Below are positions 59,241 through 64,000 of a stretch of DNA of 64,000 bases, piece after piece. Made by a program: the position numbers and the translations under genes. Numbering within the stretch: the stretch's first letter is position 1; every line of letters starts with the position of its first letter. The notes beneath the pieces were generated by a model that was not told the DNA's origin, searched no databases, and was given only the letters and a program-made list of their open reading frames with translations. The stretch spans positions 682,001 to 746,000 of the forward strand of contig JAYWIR010000033.1 of NCBI GenBank assembly GCA_036172245.1, written 5' to 3'. This stretch comes from Raillietiella orientalis (lineage: Eukaryota).

Positions 59241-62200
59241 AATTTACTGTTGGCAAAGTTACTGACACTCGTTCAATTTAGACACTGAGTGGTCAGAAAG
59301 TGTCCGCCTTCCTGTTCGTGACATTCTTCTCCTGAGAAGAATACGGGAGGAAGCAATCCGGAAGAAGTTCGAATAAAATTTTATATCGTATCATCATCAT
59401 TTGCCATATTACACTATCATTATTTTTCACTGTTGTAATGTTGCTGAATTTGTTCCTCTGATTATGAAAATTCATGCTGCTGTTCAACACTTTGGTTTCT
59501 TTTACTTCATTATCCAGATTTTTCATTTCTTTTTCATTTCGACTACCCATCTCGGTGCAATCAACAACATTCTATAAAGGCAACACTTCTAAAATTTCGG
59601 TTCCAGCAAAGGTGACTCTATCGAATGGACACCGTGCCAGATCTGGCCTCAGAGTTGAATCAAGATCAGGGGCGCGCGGATCAGCTTCCGTCTTGCCGTT
59701 TCCACCGCTGTTATTTTGACCTTGTCCACCATCGCGCCCTTGGAGGGACGAGAATGCCTCTTGCAGCGATTTGTTATGTGAGGCACTTATGTCGTCCAGC
59801 AGACCACAAAGACGACGAAATGATTCTGGGAAAGTGAGGAGTGAAAGCTGAACTGGCTCAACTCCCAGGTATCAAAAGTGTTTGGAAAAAAAATGGTGAC
59901 TACGTAGCAAAATGACATGGGGATGTACGTGTTTCGAACCACGGATACATTTTCGTTCCTCTTATTTGTTCTTTCCTTGTATCCGATCTGCCCTTACTTC
60001 TGAGAGGCGCCTCGTACTTGGCTTAAGTTCCCCTCGATCACTCCGGATACGAAACTCCATAGGTCCCTATCCTCAAGTGGTGTTTGAATTATGTCGGCTA
60101 CCACCGACTCCGCAATCGTCTCTGAGATTCTTCCATTTCATCCGGGCTCGATCTCTGAGGTGACTCGTTGCTGGGAAAGCCAGAGGTGTATGCAGGACGC
60201 TGCAATGATTACGCTGACGATGACCCTGACCCCCTAAGCCACAGGCACGGAAAGCAAAGGAAAAAATTGTGGGCCAAATCCAAGCCAAATCTTTTTTCCC
60301 GAATCACTAGCCATACCAGAAAAGAGGGACACTCCCTCAGAACCCCATACCTTATATATAAGTTAATGCAAAAGGAACACATTTCTTTACTGGAACGTTT
60401 ACACCCGCAATACGTGCCACTGGTACTCCGATACTTTATTAACAATAACTCTTAATTTTTACCATAAAACAATCCAGTTACCCAAGATCATCGGGTTGCC
60501 AAATGCGCTGAGAAACATAAGTTGCCAAGGCGTTTTTCGAAAGCACAAATGAATCCGTTTGCACGCATCTCAATTAGCTGCATCTTAGGTCGCACTTTGG
60601 TGGCAGTAGCTCACCGCCAATTTGTTGTGTGGCCTTTGGCTGACACAAGATGTCCAATCGCAAGCCCTACCGATGTCTTTGCTTCTTGCATTCACAAAAT
60701 TCGCGGATTTCCCACCTTTTATGAAGCTTGGATTTCAAACTGAACTCTTTGAGAAGCGTCATTGCCTTCCATCGGAACAGACAAATCATCACTGGTTTTG
60801 GCTTGAGCATTCCAGATCCGGAAAAGGGAAGGAGCGCGCCTTTTCCCCTATCCAACAGTCCACTTCTGCAGCCCAAACAAAAAACCAGGATCATTTCTCC
60901 GAGTCGGACGAATCTTAGCAGCCGGAGAATTGATGACGACAGGAAAGAGTAGTTCCTCATTAACGGACCACTTCATGCATCAGTTCGCGTGTGGATCAAA
61001 ACCCGAAAGTCAGGTCGAACTGCATTTCTTGACGTCTATCGTTGGGATTTCTGTTCCTCATCATAGAAGCGGAAATCCAGTTTCGCAACCAATTCTTCTC
61101 TTTTAGATATAGATTGAGGGTGGGAAGAGGGAGAAGTATCATTACTCCATCTCCAAATGCTGTGCCGTCACGGCAACACAGCCGCGGCACGCAGAAACAC
61201 GCAAGACTGGACCGCTACGTTGGGCATCGAAAAGACACGTTCTAGCGAACTTCACGACGTTTCATGGAGATGCTCCGCTGCCCATACTTCCTCCAGGCTC
61301 CAATACGATGCTTCCGCTTCTCCTCTCGTAGAAGAGGCGTGGAACCTGCCAGGTTCCCGCAGTCTCTGCTACTCCACACAGTTGAAACAGCGCCAAGGAG
61401 CCTTGATAGGTTAGCCTTCCAAGGTACTTGACCGGATGGATGTTGATCTGAGGTGATCGGTCAAATCAAACTCGTTCCCGTTCACCGAATGCCCAAGGAG
61501 CATTCCACGTCCAAAGAGAAGCTCCGAGTCCGATTCGCAGCTGACCCGCAGAGGCCAGCACTGCCACACATCACACACCTGACCACATATGAACGGGAAA
61601 CGATTCGTGTTTAGCTAGGTGGAAACCATCAACCAACCGCAATCTGAAAGTTGGGATTCCGAGACTTGGATTCAGAGCAAAGAATGGAAAACGTCACACG
61701 GTGCGAGGCCTTGAGATCTGACGAAATATCGTGCTGACGTCTCCCAGGAGGACGTAACTAATTTCCTGAACCGAGAGGAAAAACAACATCTGCTTTGGAA
61801 CGCTCCCCACTGGAAAGGGGATCACAAAAATAAATGTGATGAAATTCGCGTTTCCGCTTCCTGCTAACTCTTTTTGAAGATCGAAATGTGATGCTCAGTA
61901 AGTCCGTTTCGTGCAGCTGCCGGACTGAAACCACACTGAGCTAAGGAAAGAGGAAATGAAGAGAGCAAAAGCAAACAGCAGGTTGAAGGTTGGTGCGGTT
62001 ACTATTACTTCTGCGAAGGGGATGCAGGCATTTGCTATACAGCGTGTGGCACACACAAAATTCATTTTGAATAAAACAGCTCATTTCTTGAACGAAACGT
62101 AAACTATTTAGGAGTTGAAGCTGACAACTACGGCTGAGAACTGAAAAAAACAGAATACTTACAGTTCTCCGAGTGTTCAGCCACCGCCTATATACTTTGC

Positions 62201-63170
62201 GTTCGCTCCAGCTCACTCTTGGACACGACAGGATGGCCTCGAGGCGAGTTCCCAGGATCTTCAACTCGATGCCGAACCCCGCACTTTCTCCCAGCCCCGT
62301 ACCTCGATGCCTCCCTTGAGCCGTCTGATCTTCTGGCACCTCGGAGGCAGCCAGTTTCCGATTCAAGTACCGCACCGGAAGGAGACCTCGTTCGAGAAAA
62401 AACGAACCACAGTGAAGTCGGGTGAAAATTCGGCTTTCTCCTCCTTTGTTTTGGGTGCTGAAAACGCAGCACATTTGCCCAGACGAACCCCACTCAGACG
62501 GAATCTTCACTTTGATCCGACTGCCTAACATCTTCGACTTATCTTTCCACGGGGGGTGTTTCTGCGCAACAGATCGCATTCGGTGATTGGGGTCCCAAAT
62601 GCCTTTTTTGGAGAACTTTTTTATACCAGTCTTCTCGCCCATCAATGATAAAAAGGGAGCAGTTTGAAAATATCCTTACAATTAGGTTTAGCATTAGGTT
62701 AATGCCTAGCCGATTGGGGAGAGTACATGAAAGTCTGTAAAACACCTCGCAGCCCTCATAAAGTCTCAACGTGAACTGCAGAACCCCACACCTCACGATG
62801 CAAAATCTCCCTTTCACTTGTCGAAACCTCGGGATTCAACAGTTCTGGTTTGGGAAAATTACGAATGTACCATCGGAGAGGCGTTTCGACCGTATGTACA
62901 GTGCGCACCCACTACGCACGTCGGGAACACGGCCATGAACCCAGCCAAGTCTTCATTCTGGAAAGTTCCCGGTGCACGAAACAAACAGCCATAAACGTCC
63001 CTTGAAACAGATGGAATTGCAAACTTCCAAAAAAAGGTTTTCAAAGTCTTCAGAACAAACTTTATTGAACTTCAGTCAGCAATTAATTTAAACTAATAAT
63101 GAACTCCTTAAGAATTTTCCTGTATATTTGTTCTTTTCAAAAATCCGAACGCCCAACAACTTATGAAAGC

Positions 63171-63347
63171 TCATTTCTCCTCGCACCATTCATTTTCTTT
63201 ACGGACTTGCTCCTCTTCACTTGGGCTAAAGTCATTTTTGATGTTGAAAGTTTTCCTGATCTCCTCTGGAGTTTTCCCCTTTATCATATTGGCAACGGTT
63301 TTACACGTTACATCGAGCAGACCTTTAATATGCAAGTAATTTGCTGC
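63171..63347 (-). CDS. SKP1: S-phase kinase-associated protein 1, last coding exon (upstream exons not found; probably beyond the window)
   Basis: After a cttttag acceptor: [58 protein letters not shown]. Confidence 0.95.
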   Translation of the reverse strand, partial: AANYLHIKGLLDVTCKTVANMIKGKTPEEIRKTFNIKNDFSPSEEEQVRKENEWCEEK

Positions 63348-63460
63348 CTAAAAGCACAACAAAATTGACACTTCCACATTGGAAAATGTACACAGCAATA
63401 TCTTAAGTGTGAACCAATGCAACAATTCAAAGATAACTTTTGAAAACTTTGGGTAGGATT

Positions 63461-63513
63461 CAATAAACCGTGTGATCAGAAATGGAAAAACATTCTGATC
63501 ACACGGTTTATTG
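63461..63513. repeat. Perfect 21-bp inverted repeat (11-nt spacer) in the putative SKP1 intron
   Basis: CAATAAACCGTGTGATCAGAA (63461-63481) ... TTCTGATCACACGGTTTATTG (63493-63513). Confidence 0.9.
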
Positions 63514-64000
63514 GATATATTTTTTGATCAACAAAAAAAATACCAAGAACGGCTACTGAAAATTCTAAACTTGGTTGGTTTAAAATAGAATCAGTTTGTT
63601 CGAAAGTCCATCCAAACACCAACCATATCATCTGGAAAACAGGATCCATGAAAAATTACTGCTTCAAAATACGACCACTTGTAACAATCTCCATTATCCC
63701 CACTTTTACCAATAAATTCATGTTGGCGTATAATAAACACCAAATAATATTCTGGTATATGCAGGAAACAGGAAACTCAAAAACAGTTTACGAATCTTAA
63801 ATGGGGAAGGAACAGATACACGATCCATTAATCCACATATTGATGGATCAATACACATCCAAATGCTGAAGAAATATTATCCAATACCGATAAATGCGGA
63901 TAAACAGATGTACAAAAATCATAGAAGGAACAGATGTTTCGAAAAATATCAATAGATCATGTGCCTAAAAGGAAAACGAAAACATTAAGGCACAACACAA

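Overview
Eukaryotic (metazoan-like, short-intron) genomic DNA with two very different halves. 1-~40.7 kb is a GC-rich block made almost entirely of L1-clade/Tx1-like non-LTR retrotransposons (ORF1 gag-like with CCHC knuckles; ORF2 APE endonuclease + RT + C-terminal Zn finger). I resolve it into 11 elements (labelled E1-E11 here). Five junction pairs have readable target-site duplications (TSDs). In four of them the interrupted reading frame rejoins when the insert is removed; for the fifth the target's other half is off-window. The inferred nesting is E11>E10>{E6>E4>{E2>{E1,E3},E5}, E7>E8>E9}, up to six levels deep. The left halves of the outer elements must lie upstream of the window, so those links are inferred rather than seen. 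Most elements share unusual termini: a 5' (G/A)GACGT(G/T)T motif, a TAATG/TGATG ORF1-ORF2 stop-start overlap, and a 3' end made of AATAAA fused to a GC hairpin with almost no poly(A). Two same-family copies (E6, E7) sit in tandem at the same nucleotide inside the RT 'HKAFD' motif of E10. From ~40.7 kb the DNA is AT-rich host sequence. It carries a 9-exon Rab escort protein gene (two GC-AG introns), a convergent 3-exon ferritin with a degenerate ferroxidase centre, a small TE graveyard at 55-59 kb (a 12th element of the same group, RLE-type non-LTR relics, a pogo/Tigger relic) and the last coding exon of SKP1. I could not assign 47.8-55.3 kb or 59.3-63.1 kb. All family assignments come from motif recognition, not database searches.
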